Origin: Minisyncoccota bacterium
GTDB taxonomy: Bacteria > Patescibacteriota > Minisyncoccia > Phycocordibacterales > JABAAK01
Length of the DNA: 64,000 nt
Direction: 5' to 3'
Assembly: GCA_965204115.1 (NCBI GenBank)
Contig: OZ241963.1
Location: 377,548 to 441,547 of the forward strand
Positions within the stretch are counted from its first letter, which is position 1. Each line of letters opens with the position of its first letter. This document shows, piece by piece, positions 9,075-18,281 of this stretch. Both the position numbers and the translations under genes were made by a program. The notes beneath the pieces were generated by a model. The model was given only the letters and a program-made list of their open reading frames with translations. It was not told the origin of the DNA and searched no databases.

Positions 9075-9455
9075 ATGTTTAAATACTATATAACAGGTAT
9101 AAAAAAATCCATGGATTTTGACGGGAGGGCGAGAAGGAGAGAGTTTTGGGTTTTTGCGCTTATGCACGCAGTTATCTCTTCTGCAATATTAGTCGCATTC
9201 ATATCTATCGTTCCTACGATCCCGTACGGGGGTACAGAGTTGATAGTATTAACATGGTACTTTCTTACAGCCATTCCATTGTTGGCAGCTGTGTGCCGGA
9301 GATTGCACGATACAGGGAAAAGTGGATGGTGGATTTTTATACAGTTTGTTCCGCTTGTCGGACCTATTTGGCATCTCATAAATTTGTTATCAGATAGTGA
9401 GCCAGGAGGCAATCAGTATGGTCCGAATCCGAAACAGCGATCTGTGTCGACATAG
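9075..9455 (+). CDS. DUF805 (YhaH/YhaI-like) inner-membrane protein
   Basis: DFDGRARRREFW, RRLHDTGKSGWW and C-terminal GGNQYGPNP match the DUF805 family pattern; start moved to MFKYY to clear the tRNA. Confidence 0.75.
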   Translation: MFKYYITGIKKSMDFDGRARRREFWVFALMHAVISSAILVAFISIVPTIPYGGTELIVLTWYFLTAIPLLAAVCRRLHDTGKSGWWIFIQFVPLVGPIWHLINLLSDSEPGGNQYGPNPKQRSVST

Positions 9456-9460
9456 AAAAT

Positions 9461-9560
9461 AACAAATACAAGTATTTTCTACTTGCGGAGGGGGAGGGAT
9501 TCGGCGTCGAGTTTCTAAGCTCACTTCGTTCGCTAAGAACTCCCTGCCCGGGCTCGGCGA
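9461..9560 (-). repeat. Inverted-repeat partner of 2524-2640: hairpin AAATAC-AA-GTATTT plus copy of the tRNA-Ser(CGA) 3' end (GAATCCCTCCCCCTCCGCA) plus shared arm
   Basis: rc of 9484-9540 aligns to 2584-2640 (TTCTTAGCGAACGAAGTGA-CTTAGAAACT-GACGCCGAATCCCTCC-CTCCGCA). The copy carries the CGA-isoacceptor-specific CCCCC variant. Confidence 0.7.
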
Positions 9561-9684
9561 CAATTTTATTCCGCTTCGCTCCATAAAATCGTAGACCGCC
9601 TGCGCCTTTCGAATCCTCCGCAACGCGAAATACTATTCGCGCTGCTCCCCTCCTCGTAATAAAAATGTAAACATTTTTTAACTG

Positions 9685-9775
9685 CGGAGGGGGAGGGATT
9701 CGAACCCTCGATACGAGTGTATACTCGTATACCGGTTTTCGAAACCGGCGCTTTCAACCACTCAGCCACCCCTCC
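9685..9775 (-). tRNA. tRNA-Ser (anticodon CGA)
   Basis: rc gives GGAGGGGTGGCTGAGTGGTTGAAAGCG..; anticodon stem CCGGT/ACCGG with loop TTCGAAA, long variable arm, T-arm GAGGGTTCGAATCCCTC. Confidence 0.75.
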
Positions 9776-9803
9776 AGTGTGTATGGTGTATATGATACCG
9801 TAT

Positions 9804-10883
9804 TTAGTCGTTGGCACCCTCTTCCGCCTCTCCTGCGGCGATTTTTTCCAGCGACTGCACCACTGCCTCATTGGTGAGGAGTGAGGTGATGTAGGTGTGG
9901 ATCTGGTCGTCGGTCATATCAGTTTGCTTTTTCTTGAAGCGTTCCACCTCTCTTTCTACTTCATCTATGCCGGCGCGGATATTCTCCTGTGTGCTGATGG
10001 TGTTCATAATGAGCTGTATTTTTGCCCGTTTTCGCGCGTCTTCCCGCAACTGTTCCCACAGCTTCCCTTCTGACATTTTTTGTGCTTTGAGGTAATCCTC
10101 TATAGTGGTGTTGAAATGCTCTGCCTGTGCCTTCATCTCCTCGTATGCTCGCTTACTCTCCTCTTCAATCATTATTTCCGGCAGGGTAATGGTGGTTTGC
10201 TCTGCGATGGTGTCCAGTAGTTTTTGGCGGAATAGTGCACGCGCCTGCAATGCTTTTTCCTGTGTTATAGATTCCTGTATTCCTTTTTTGAAACTTTCTA
10301 CATCTTTGTGCTGTTGTGATACTTCCTGCACATATTCGTCAGTGAGCTCCGGCAAATCACTATCATCTTTCGGAATATCTTTTTCCGGATGCGCTTTTTT
10401 GTATAACCCCCTTCGCACATCCAAGAGTACTTGCTGCATTTCCTCATCGGTCGCCTCTTTTGGCTCTTCCGGCTTTTCCATCTTTTGCAAGAGTGGCTTG
10501 TAGTCCGGCAGTGTTACTTTCGGCATCATGTAAAACTCAATTTGAAACGACACATCATGCTTGTCAGCGATATTGGTTATCTGCATCTGCGGCTGCCCCA
10601 GTGGCACCACACCCTCCCCCGCCACGATGTCGGCAAAATGTTTTGTTATCACTTCCTGTGCGCTTTGTCGCCAAATCTCTAACGGGCCGATTTCTCGCTC
10701 CACGACCTCCGGCGGCGCGTTCCCCTCTCTGAATCCGTCTATTTTTTTCTCTGCCCCGATTCTCTGCAGCACCTCATCACGCACCGCCGCTATCATGTCT
10801 TTCGGCACCACGCCGTCAATCTTGGCGTGTGCTTTTTCATCGTCCTTGTGTATTTGTATTGAAAATTGTTCTTGTGTAGTCAT
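9804..10883 (-). CDS. tig: Trigger factor (N-terminal ribosome-binding and C-terminal chaperone domains; no PPIase domain)
   Basis: KIDGFREGNAPPEVVE matches the TF signature GFRxGxxP; the C-terminal region LPELTDEYVQE.. resembles the TF C-domain. At 359 aa it is too short to hold an FKBP domain. Confidence 0.65.
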   Translation of the reverse strand: MTTQEQFSIQIHKDDEKAHAKIDGVVPKDMIAAVRDEVLQRIGAEKKIDGFREGNAPPEVVEREIGPLEIWRQSAQEVITKHFADIVAGEGVVPLGQPQMQITNIADKHDVSFQIEFYMMPKVTLPDYKPLLQKMEKPEEPKEATDEEMQQVLLDVRRGLYKKAHPEKDIPKDDSDLPELTDEYVQEVSQQHKDVESFKKGIQESITQEKALQARALFRQKLLDTIAEQTTITLPEIMIEEESKRAYEEMKAQAEHFNTTIEDYLKAQKMSEGKLWEQLREDARKRAKIQLIMNTISTQENIRAGIDEVEREVERFKKKQTDMTDDQIHTYITSLLTNEAVVQSLEKIAAGEAEEGAND

Positions 10884-10890
10884 GGTAGTA

Positions 10891-11253
10891 TTATTCTTTT
10901 TCTTCCCCTTCTTCCTCTGTCAAATCTGTTAAAATTTCTGTTTCGAGCTCTTTTAATTTCTCCTGATTTTTTTCTCCGGATTGCAGAAGGGTATTTATTA
11001 TTCGCACCGCCTCAGCATCGGTTAGGTTTTCGTAGAGTATGGTGCCTTGCGGGGTGGCGTTGCTGTCCGGCAGACCCTCTACGACAATGTTTTTTTGTGA
11101 TTGCTCTTCCTGCACTTCTCTTTTATCATTGAGAATCTTTTTGATCGCGTTATATGCCATACCGATAACAATGAGCACTATCAGTATCATTGCGAAAATC
11201 GCACCATAGGTTGAACTGTATTTTTGGCTATCTTCCATACTTGCACGATACAC
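10891..11253 (-). CDS. Hypothetical membrane-anchored protein
   Basis: ORF with a single N-terminal TM helix and acidic C-terminus; no recognised domain. Confidence 0.4.
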   Translation of the reverse strand: MYRASMEDSQKYSSTYGAIFAMILIVLIVIGMAYNAIKKILNDKREVQEEQSQKNIVVEGLPDSNATPQGTILYENLTDAEAVRIINTLLQSGEKNQEKLKELETEILTDLTEEEGEEKE

Positions 11254-11290
11254 TGCTCTTTTGGTTTACGCAACCGCGTCCCACCCCGCG

Positions 11291-11941
11291 TTACCGATCA
11301 CCCTTTGTTACCGAATTTATCTTGACAAAGAGCAGTGCGATTTCTCTTCGTAGGGCGTATGATTGCTCCTGTATCTCATTCAAGTTGCTAATAATGCTTT
11401 TTTGGTTCAGATGGTGCAGGAGCCATTCGGTAAATGAGGTGTAAAGGCCGTACTTTTGCACTATCGCATAGCTCAACGGTGCATCACTTTCTATGTAGGG
11501 GAAAACAGCCACCTTCAGCCGCTCCGCCTCAAAGGCATGCTGATCTATTTCCTCCTGATAGCCGTTTTTCAGCTTTGTGGGAAAGTTTTCGATGAGCGTA
11601 TATAGTATCTTCGTTAGTTCGTTGTTTTCTTTTATCCCCTGTGCAATACGCGCCCGGTATTCATCAACATCCCGTGCATAGTCGTGCGCCCCCTCCGGCA
11701 CCCGCTTTTTCACCTTCCCGAAGAGTGATGAGATGAGTACGCTGTATTCTTTGTCGGCAATGGAGATAATCAGCTGATCATTGGTGACACTTGTTTCTGC
11801 GGCAACATGCCAGAGCGGAAATGATGCCGTTGCCACGAGCAGCAGTAGCGTCACCACCAAAACTAACGCATCAGATATAATCCCGCTCTTTTTTATTCCG
11901 ACCTCTTCACTGGTGATGTTTTTGTTTGGGATGAAATACAT
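11291..11941 (-). CDS. Hypothetical membrane-anchored protein
   Basis: 216-aa ORF with one TM helix; no recognised domain. Confidence 0.45.
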   Translation of the reverse strand: MYFIPNKNITSEEVGIKKSGIISDALVLVVTLLLLVATASFPLWHVAAETSVTNDQLIISIADKEYSVLISSLFGKVKKRVPEGAHDYARDVDEYRARIAQGIKENNELTKILYTLIENFPTKLKNGYQEEIDQHAFEAERLKVAVFPYIESDAPLSYAIVQKYGLYTSFTEWLLHHLNQKSIISNLNEIQEQSYALRREIALLFVKINSVTKGDR

Positions 11942-11950
11942 ATGATGGGG

Positions 11951-12481
11951 TTATTTACTGAATTTCTCTTTATACAATTTGCGCGACCGTTCAAATGCTT
12001 CTTTTGCTTCCGCCGCTGTGCCGACACCCTGTATATCTATCACCTTGTTCTGAATCTTTTTGTAGGTTTCAAAAAAGTGCTGTATCTCCTTTACCGTGTG
12101 CTTGTTCACATCACCGATATCTTTCACCTCGTCAAAGCGCGGATCATCCGCCGGCACACTGAGAATCTTATCATCGCTCTCACCGTCATCTATCATTTTG
12201 AAAACGCCGACCGGCCGCACCGGAACAAGAATACCGGGATACAGCGGGTAGGTAGTGATGACAGCGATATCCAGCGCATCGTCATCGTCCCACAAAGTTT
12301 GCGGGACAAATCCGTAGTCGACCGGATAGTCCTGAGCGGTATGCATCGCGCGATCAAGCGCAATGATGCCCGTCTCTTTGTCTATCTCATATTTGTTTTT
12401 TGATCCGCGAGGTATCTCTATGATGGCATGCATCACATCAGCATTACCCGGGTCAATGTCGTGTAACAAATTCATACACAC
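11951..12481 (-). CDS. ppa: Inorganic pyrophosphatase
   Basis: Aligns along its length to E. coli PPase (IIEIPRGSKNKYEIDKETG, DALDIAV, RPVGVFKMIDDGESDDKI, HFFETYK). Confidence 0.9.
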   Translation of the reverse strand: MCMNLLHDIDPGNADVMHAIIEIPRGSKNKYEIDKETGIIALDRAMHTAQDYPVDYGFVPQTLWDDDDALDIAVITTYPLYPGILVPVRPVGVFKMIDDGESDDKILSVPADDPRFDEVKDIGDVNKHTVKEIQHFFETYKKIQNKVIDIQGVGTAAEAKEAFERSRKLYKEKFSK

Positions 12482-12531
12482 TATTTGTTTACCTTTCTAT
12501 TGTACCCTAAAAAAATGATTGTGCAAGTACA

Positions 12532-13854
12532 CTATTCCCCAATCTCTTCAGTGTTTTTTTCGGCCTCATCTTTGACATCTTCTGCTTCTGTGGTTTTGCT
12601 TTCTGGTGCTGCTTCTTCTGTTTCAGTTGGTTTGTCTTCTTCTGTTGTTTTTTCGTCTTCGCTGCTTTCTTCTACTCGCAACGCGACATCCGTGTCGCGT
12701 TGCTCCTCCCTTTTAAATATTGTTATGTCCCCTTCTACGGTTGATTGTGCTACTTCTGTGCCGCCCGGGTCGGTGATGACAACTTCCCAGTCGGTCAGCT
12801 TTGCCGCGAGTTTGAGGTTCTGCCCGCCGCGGCCGATGGCAACCGGTATCTGATCATCGCTTGTTTTTACCAGTGCTCGCTTGCTCTCCTCGTTGATTTC
12901 CACTCCCATCACTTCTGCCGGCAACAATGCTTCGCCGATAAACTCTGAGATATCGCTCGGCCAGTTGATGATGTCAATCTGCTCGCCGTTCAGTTCACTC
13001 TTCACGGTCATCACCCGCACCCCCCGCTGCCCGACAAATGCTCCCACCGGATCCACCGACGGACTTTTGCTCTCAACCGCGATTTTGGTGCGGACACCCG
13101 GATCGCGTGCGATTGCTTTTATCTCAAGCGTTCCTTCGGTCAGTTCCGGCACTTCCGTTTCAAATAGCCGCACGACAAATTTTTCATCGGCTCGGGATAG
13201 TCGCACAAAGCCGCCGCTTCGCCGCTCGGTGTTTATTGACTGCACAAAGGCGCGGATGGTATCCCCTTGATTAAATCGTTCACCGCGTATCTGCTCTGAG
13301 AAAGGTAGTATTGCTACTGTTCTCCCGAGATCAACAAATACATTTCCCCGCTCCACGCGCTGCACCTGTCCGTGTACCAGTTTTCCTTCTTTTCCTTGAA
13401 ACTCTTCCACTGCCGCGTCTCGCTCCGCCTCGTGTATCTTTTGGGTTATCGCCTGTCGTGCTGATTGCGCTGCAATTCTGCCGAAATCGGTTTTCGACTC
13501 CAGCGGGAAGAGAATTTCTTCTCCCTGCTTCACCCCCTGCCGCACTAGCTGCGCATCGTCCACCATCATGTGTCGCTCAGGATTGAATCGCACCCGCTCT
13601 TCATCCTCTTCTTTTGGTGCCTCGTCTTCCGGGAGGATGTGTGCCTCATCTAATACCTGCTTCACCTGAAAAAAAGTTGACTCCCCCGTGCTTTGATTGA
13701 TTCTGCAGCGGACAATCTGATCACTCTTGCCATATTCCCGCTTATACGCCGTCGCAAACGCCGTTTCTAGCGCCTCCCATAGTGCATCCTCCGGCAAGTG
13801 CCGATCCTCTGCTATTTGTTGTACTACCGCTTTTATTTCTTTAATATCAAACAT
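12532..13854 (-). CDS. nusA: Transcription termination/antitermination factor NusA, with acidic C-terminal tail containing an in-frame REP-like element
   Basis: N-terminal domain, S1 and KH-like regions are recognisable. The C-terminal ~80 aa are E/D/K/T-rich, and codons for EEQRDTDVALRVEE are the 31-bp palindrome at 12673-12703. Confidence 0.85.
   Translation of the reverse strand: MFDIKEIKAVVQQIAEDRHLPEDALWEALETAFATAYKREYGKSDQIVRCRINQSTGESTFFQVKQVLDEAHILPEDEAPKEEDEERVRFNPERHMMVDDAQLVRQGVKQGEEILFPLESKTDFGRIAAQSARQAITQKIHEAERDAAVEEFQGKEGKLVHGQVQRVERGNVFVDLGRTVAILPFSEQIRGERFNQGDTIRAFVQSINTERRSGGFVRLSRADEKFVVRLFETEVPELTEGTLEIKAIARDPGVRTKIAVESKSPSVDPVGAFVGQRGVRVMTVKSELNGEQIDIINWPSDISEFIGEALLPAEVMGVEINEESKRALVKTSDDQIPVAIGRGGQNLKLAAKLTDWEVVITDPGGTEVAQSTVEGDITIFKREEQRDTDVALRVEESSEDEKTTEEDKPTETEEAAPESKTTEAEDVKDEAEKNTEEIGE
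12673..12703. repeat. REP-like 31-bp palindromic element, copy C (exact reverse complement of 8823-8853)
   Basis: TACTCGCAACGCGACATCCGTGTCGCGTTGC; 31/31 identity to rc of copy A. Confidence 0.8.
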
Positions 13855-14130
13855 AGTTTTTCGCTTATATCTGCCGATTTTTAATAAAAAATCCCGCCCA
13901 AGGCGGAATACTTACATCAGATACTTAAAGTATATCCCTTTTTATCCCTTGTGTCAACCAATCTTTCCACCGTTTACACCCCTCTACTCCCGACACTCCC
14001 TTCCCCGCAATGTTATACTGCGAACAGAGCATTTGTTTGCTCACTATGCGAGATATATGGGTAAACCATATACCCGCTCATTCGGAGCATAAGAAAATAA
14101 ACTTTGTTTCTTTTCTTGTTTCCTCATTAT

Positions 14131-14201
14131 GCGAGTATAGTTTAGTGGTAGAACGCGGCCTTGCCATGGCTGAGACGGGAGTTCGATTCTCCCTACTCGC
14201 A
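14131..14201 (+). tRNA. tRNA-Gly (anticodon GCC)
   Basis: Acceptor GCGAGTA/TACTCGC, anticodon loop TTGCCAT, T-arm GGGAGTTCGATTCTCCC. Confidence 0.8.
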
Positions 14202-14246
14202 CTGACATCATACAGATGTGACGCTTTTCTTTTTTCGCAGTGAGTT

Positions 14247-14972
14247 CTAACGGTGCTTTTTCAGGTGCGTCGTAAAAAATGCAAGTGCATCTTCCAGTAT
14301 CTCTCTTTTCATAGGTTTAAAAAACTCTTTTTTGTGAATTGGCTGATTTACTTTTCTATCCCCTTCTAAAAGGGTGATGATATGCAGTGTGTAATCGAAG
14401 TAAGACATGAGAGTGTGGGTGCTGGCACTGCCGAATTTTTTCTCTTTGAAAATATCGGAGTAATCTCCTCCGAGCTGGCTTTCAAATTGAAACAATACAA
14501 CTTCTGCGTCAGGAGACATTTCTTTAATAAAGGATCCGTCAATTAGCACTCGTTTTATCATCGCATTTTCTGCGTATGATTTACATTCAATGGCCATAAC
14601 GAGATTCTCTCTGATGTATACTGGCACATCTATCTTAAACTTGTAGGAATAATCTTTTATATTTTTCTTTATGTAACCAGCTACCTCTTTATCCTGCACT
14701 CTTTTCAGGTAGTCCTTTTTCAGCGGAACAGTCACAGCGCCCTTGTTAGTTCTTAAATCAGAAATGTCACCAGTTAGGTTAAACCACGCTCTTTTGACAA
14801 GTCCGCGTGCAAACGCTTCAACAAAAGAACCTTTGATGGACCGCTCTATCCCGCCGGATGCCCGCTGCCTGTCCTGCACTTTAAAATCTACATCCTCAAC
14901 TAATGAATTATATGCCTCCAGCAACTCATCAATTGTTGGGATGTCGGGAATATTTGGAGCATCTTGTGACAT
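14247..14972 (-). CDS. Putative Type II restriction endonuclease (PD-(D/E)xK-like)
   Basis: 241 aa, AT-rich, immediately downstream of and co-oriented with a DNA methyltransferase. Candidate catalytic motif IDVPVY..ENLVMAIECKSY (D..E-x-K). Confidence 0.5.
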   Translation of the reverse strand: MSQDAPNIPDIPTIDELLEAYNSLVEDVDFKVQDRQRASGGIERSIKGSFVEAFARGLVKRAWFNLTGDISDLRTNKGAVTVPLKKDYLKRVQDKEVAGYIKKNIKDYSYKFKIDVPVYIRENLVMAIECKSYAENAMIKRVLIDGSFIKEMSPDAEVVLFQFESQLGGDYSDIFKEKKFGSASTHTLMSYFDYTLHIITLLEGDRKVNQPIHKKEFFKPMKREILEDALAFFTTHLKKHR

Positions 14973-14983
14973 ATACTTCTGTA

Positions 14984-16225
14984 TTAGAGCAGTCTACCAC
15001 TTAATCGTCTTTTTGCAACATCACAATATTCTTTTGATATATCAATTCCCAAATATCTTCTGTCAAGTGTGTGGGCAACACTAGTGGTCGTCCCAACGCC
15101 ATTAAAAACATCTAATATTACATCGTTTTTAAAACTAAACAACTTTAGACATCGTATCACAAGGTTTTCAGGAAACATTGCAGGATGGCCGTATTCTTTC
15201 ATTTTTCTTTCTGGTGCGATAGACCACTTAGCGACAACCCATTTTTTAAACTCCTCTGCTGATATATCAATGTTTTCTGCATCTCCTGCATGCTTTAAGT
15301 CACCCTTGCAAAAAACCTCAATGAATTCCCATGTGTACTTGAGGTATGGGCTGCTCGGACTCTTCCAACTACCCCACGCTGTATACTTGCAATTATAGTT
15401 GTTTTTTTCCCACAATATCTCCCCTTTCCAAAGCATGCCGATATCCAACAGGTACTTGGAAATAAGATGATGTGTCGGGATGTAATCTGAAAACAATGGT
15501 TGCACATTCACAATCATTCGCCCTCCGTGTTTTAACACTCGCCTTGTTTCATTTAGTATAGCGAAAAGTTGCGTAAAGTACTCATCCCATCTTTTATCAT
15601 CTTCACCACTTTCATATTCAAGACCAAAGTTGTATGGTGGCGATGTTACCATCACATCAATGCAATTGTCAGGTAATTTTTTGAGCACCTCCAAACTGTC
15701 ACCGCATACTATCGCGTTTTCATATTCAGATGGCAAGATGTTTGTTTGTGTGTCGTTTTTATTATTTTTTTTCTTTACGCTGGCAGTTCTCTTCTCAGAT
15801 TTTTCTTTTCTGTTCTTTACCTTTCGCTCCTTATTAAAATTAATATATACTCTTTTCCCGCTTCGCAATCCATATGAACCAATGCTGTCGACCGCCTCAA
15901 CGAAATCGTCAATTAAATCTACCATTACCAGATCTTCACCTTCACTTGCTTTTATCTCTAATGCTCGTATTTTGAACTTTTCAAAGTTAAGATTATTAAC
16001 AAAAAGCTTTACTTCCCTTGCTCCCTTTGGCTCAAAGTAGATATGGTTATCAAATTCGTTGAAAAACGAGCGCATGACATCTTGGCTTTTCTTGTCAAAT
16101 TGATGCCTGGTTCTCAATGCAACCTCTTTATATTCCATATGTTTAGTATATCTCACAAAATTTATTGTCAATAATGATATCCCGAATTGATGAATGATTG
16201 CAAAATGCGCAGTAAATCTTATCAA
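14984..16225 (-). CDS. Beta-class DNA methyltransferase (SPPY motif, probably N4-cytosine or N6-adenine) with N-terminal extra domain
   Basis: Motif IV TSPPY precedes the C-terminal AdoMet motif I VILDVFNGVGTT (beta-class order). The N-terminal ~160 aa is unassigned; an internal start at MEYKEV (~16138) is possible. Confidence 0.8.
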   Translation of the reverse strand: MIRFTAHFAIIHQFGISLLTINFVRYTKHMEYKEVALRTRHQFDKKSQDVMRSFFNEFDNHIYFEPKGAREVKLFVNNLNFEKFKIRALEIKASEGEDLVMVDLIDDFVEAVDSIGSYGLRSGKRVYINFNKERKVKNRKEKSEKRTASVKKKNNKNDTQTNILPSEYENAIVCGDSLEVLKKLPDNCIDVMVTSPPYNFGLEYESGEDDKRWDEYFTQLFAILNETRRVLKHGGRMIVNVQPLFSDYIPTHHLISKYLLDIGMLWKGEILWEKNNYNCKYTAWGSWKSPSSPYLKYTWEFIEVFCKGDLKHAGDAENIDISAEEFKKWVVAKWSIAPERKMKEYGHPAMFPENLVIRCLKLFSFKNDVILDVFNGVGTTTSVAHTLDRRYLGIDISKEYCDVAKRRLSGRLL

Positions 16226-16283
16226 GCAGCATAGACAGCAAATTGATTATATTCCGATTCTTTGTTACAGTTACATTCTCACA

Positions 16284-18281
16284 TTAATCTAAACCGAGGC
16301 GGTGAAAAAAAATATTATTCCTTTCCTCAGCGTCAGTTAATAATTGATCCCAAGTGACATATTCTATGTGTAGATTATAGGCACTATGCCACTTTACCCA
16401 TCTATGCCCATTTGGCAATTGCTTAAACTCTCTTCTTTCCAGCCAGATTTTTACCTTTTCCGAATAATCAGCAATAATATATCCATAAAATGGCGTATTG
16501 TCTGAAATCTGTATCGGCCTGTTTTGCGGACTTTTTATTTCTCCGCTTTTAATTTTCTCAACATAACGAATGATTTGATCATGGGAATCCTCTTTCGAAG
16601 AGGGGTTGGCAAAACTATCCTCGCCAGGTCTTTTAAATTCGAATATGGATACAGGATTACTCGGAACATCTGACCCCCTGAATGTTACTTTTTTATTAAA
16701 CACAATTAAATCAGCTCTGTCCTTGCATTTTTCAACAAAATCTTGATCTGACCTTAAATACTCAACAAAATTTAACCTTTCATCTAGTATCCAGAGATTG
16801 TGGTCACGGAAATGAACTTGTTCAGAGTCTTTCTTTGCGGGAAAAATTATATTGTGTAATGTATTTTCTTTTTCATGTTTTTTGTCTTCACCTATACCCA
16901 AGGCTCTGGTAAAAACATCTAAGTAAATTTTTCTCAATGTAACATAGTGCGCCAATTCACTCTGTTTTGCAGTGTCAATTTTTTCAAATGCCTCTTCTAT
17001 TTTCTTTTCTACATCCCCGTCAAAATTTTTCAAGACATCATTTATTTTCTCTCTACCGTCTTTTTCTTCTAGATATCTTGCGTTGTGAAAAACATCCTCC
17101 ATATCGTCATCTGATGGATTCATTGGTAATTTATCTAGGCCAATTTTTTCCTCGTAATGTTTATACCAAGGGTGCTTGTCTAGATATTCAGACACTTTCT
17201 GCTTCTTTTTTTCTCGCCTACTTTTCAAATCATCAGAATAAGTATTTTTCACAATTTCAGCGACTTTTTCTTCTATTTCCTTTTGAGAAAACGGATGCAG
17301 CATATCTTTTTCTTTATTAAACTTGAAACCTGATCTCTCCATGTTGACATTATCATTTAAGTATTTTCCTAAAACATAAGCCTTTATTATGTAATTCTTT
17401 TTGACCAACTTATTTCCCTTGGCAGACTCAGATTCTTCATAAAAATCATCATCGAACTCTGTAACATAATCAGAAAAATTCGCTGTGTCAACTTCTCTAT
17501 TGTGTGCAGTAAAGACCATCCTGCTTTTCTGTGAATTTGTAAAAAATACTTTAAACATTTTTACCTGGAAAGACTCTTTTCTGTTTTCATTTTTTAATAA
17601 AAATTTCTCTTCCTCATCCAAGAATATTTCATCACTATTATTAAACAAATCATTTAGAACTATCTCTTCGCACCCCTCTTCCTTTAAGACTATTTTTGGC
17701 ATTTTATCAGAAGAAACGAAGTACACAAGCATCCTTTCTAATATATTTCGTGCAACTGTTTTCAATTCTTTATCAAACCTCTTGTCTCCTAAAAGCCTGT
17801 TTAATAGAATAGTTGTTCCTGTTTCTTGAGCAATGTCTTTATCATATTTTGGGTTTTCTACTATGTCTCGCTTCTTGCCAAAATTAAATTCAATTGATTT
17901 TTGCTCATTTTTATCTTCATAGGTTGATTTAACTATAACTTTATCAAAATATTCTATATATGAAAATCTACCAAATCCTTTGCCACCTTTTGCGACTTTA
18001 TCATCTGTGTAAAGGGTATCAAAGGCATCTAGGTTATTTTTGTTTAAACCAATCCCGTTATCAAAGATTTCAACATTCAAAAAATGATTTTTTCCTGCGC
18101 TCTCCATCAATTTTTGCTGGTTTTCATCTCGTTTGAAAGTGACGGATATCAAACCGTCATCGTGATTTCCTTTCTCCTCAATTGCCTCAATACTGTTCAT
18201 TATTGCCTCAATAATAGGATGATAGACGGTACTTTTTCCACTCATATGTCTAACCACTCCCTCAATGTTTATCTTTGACAT
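16284..18281 (-). CDS. GHKL (Bergerat-fold) ATPase fused to a C-terminal restriction-endonuclease-like domain; paraMORC-like defence candidate
   Basis: N-box HPIIEAIMNSIEA, G1 box DNGIGL, G2 box GGKGFGRFS; long K/E-rich helical middle; C-terminal ADLIVFNKK..VSIFEFKRP is D..E-x-K-like. First gene of an apparent GHKL-M-R operon. Confidence 0.6.
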   Translation of the reverse strand: MSKINIEGVVRHMSGKSTVYHPIIEAIMNSIEAIEEKGNHDDGLISVTFKRDENQQKLMESAGKNHFLNVEIFDNGIGLNKNNLDAFDTLYTDDKVAKGGKGFGRFSYIEYFDKVIVKSTYEDKNEQKSIEFNFGKKRDIVENPKYDKDIAQETGTTILLNRLLGDKRFDKELKTVARNILERMLVYFVSSDKMPKIVLKEEGCEEIVLNDLFNNSDEIFLDEEEKFLLKNENRKESFQVKMFKVFFTNSQKSRMVFTAHNREVDTANFSDYVTEFDDDFYEESESAKGNKLVKKNYIIKAYVLGKYLNDNVNMERSGFKFNKEKDMLHPFSQKEIEEKVAEIVKNTYSDDLKSRREKKKQKVSEYLDKHPWYKHYEEKIGLDKLPMNPSDDDMEDVFHNARYLEEKDGREKINDVLKNFDGDVEKKIEEAFEKIDTAKQSELAHYVTLRKIYLDVFTRALGIGEDKKHEKENTLHNIIFPAKKDSEQVHFRDHNLWILDERLNFVEYLRSDQDFVEKCKDRADLIVFNKKVTFRGSDVPSNPVSIFEFKRPGEDSFANPSSKEDSHDQIIRYVEKIKSGEIKSPQNRPIQISDNTPFYGYIIADYSEKVKIWLERREFKQLPNGHRWVKWHSAYNLHIEYVTWDQLLTDAEERNNIFFHRLGLD

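Noticed and set aside
8970-9167. 65-aa minus-strand ORF
   Set aside because: Overlaps tRNA-Arg and the start of the DUF805 gene.
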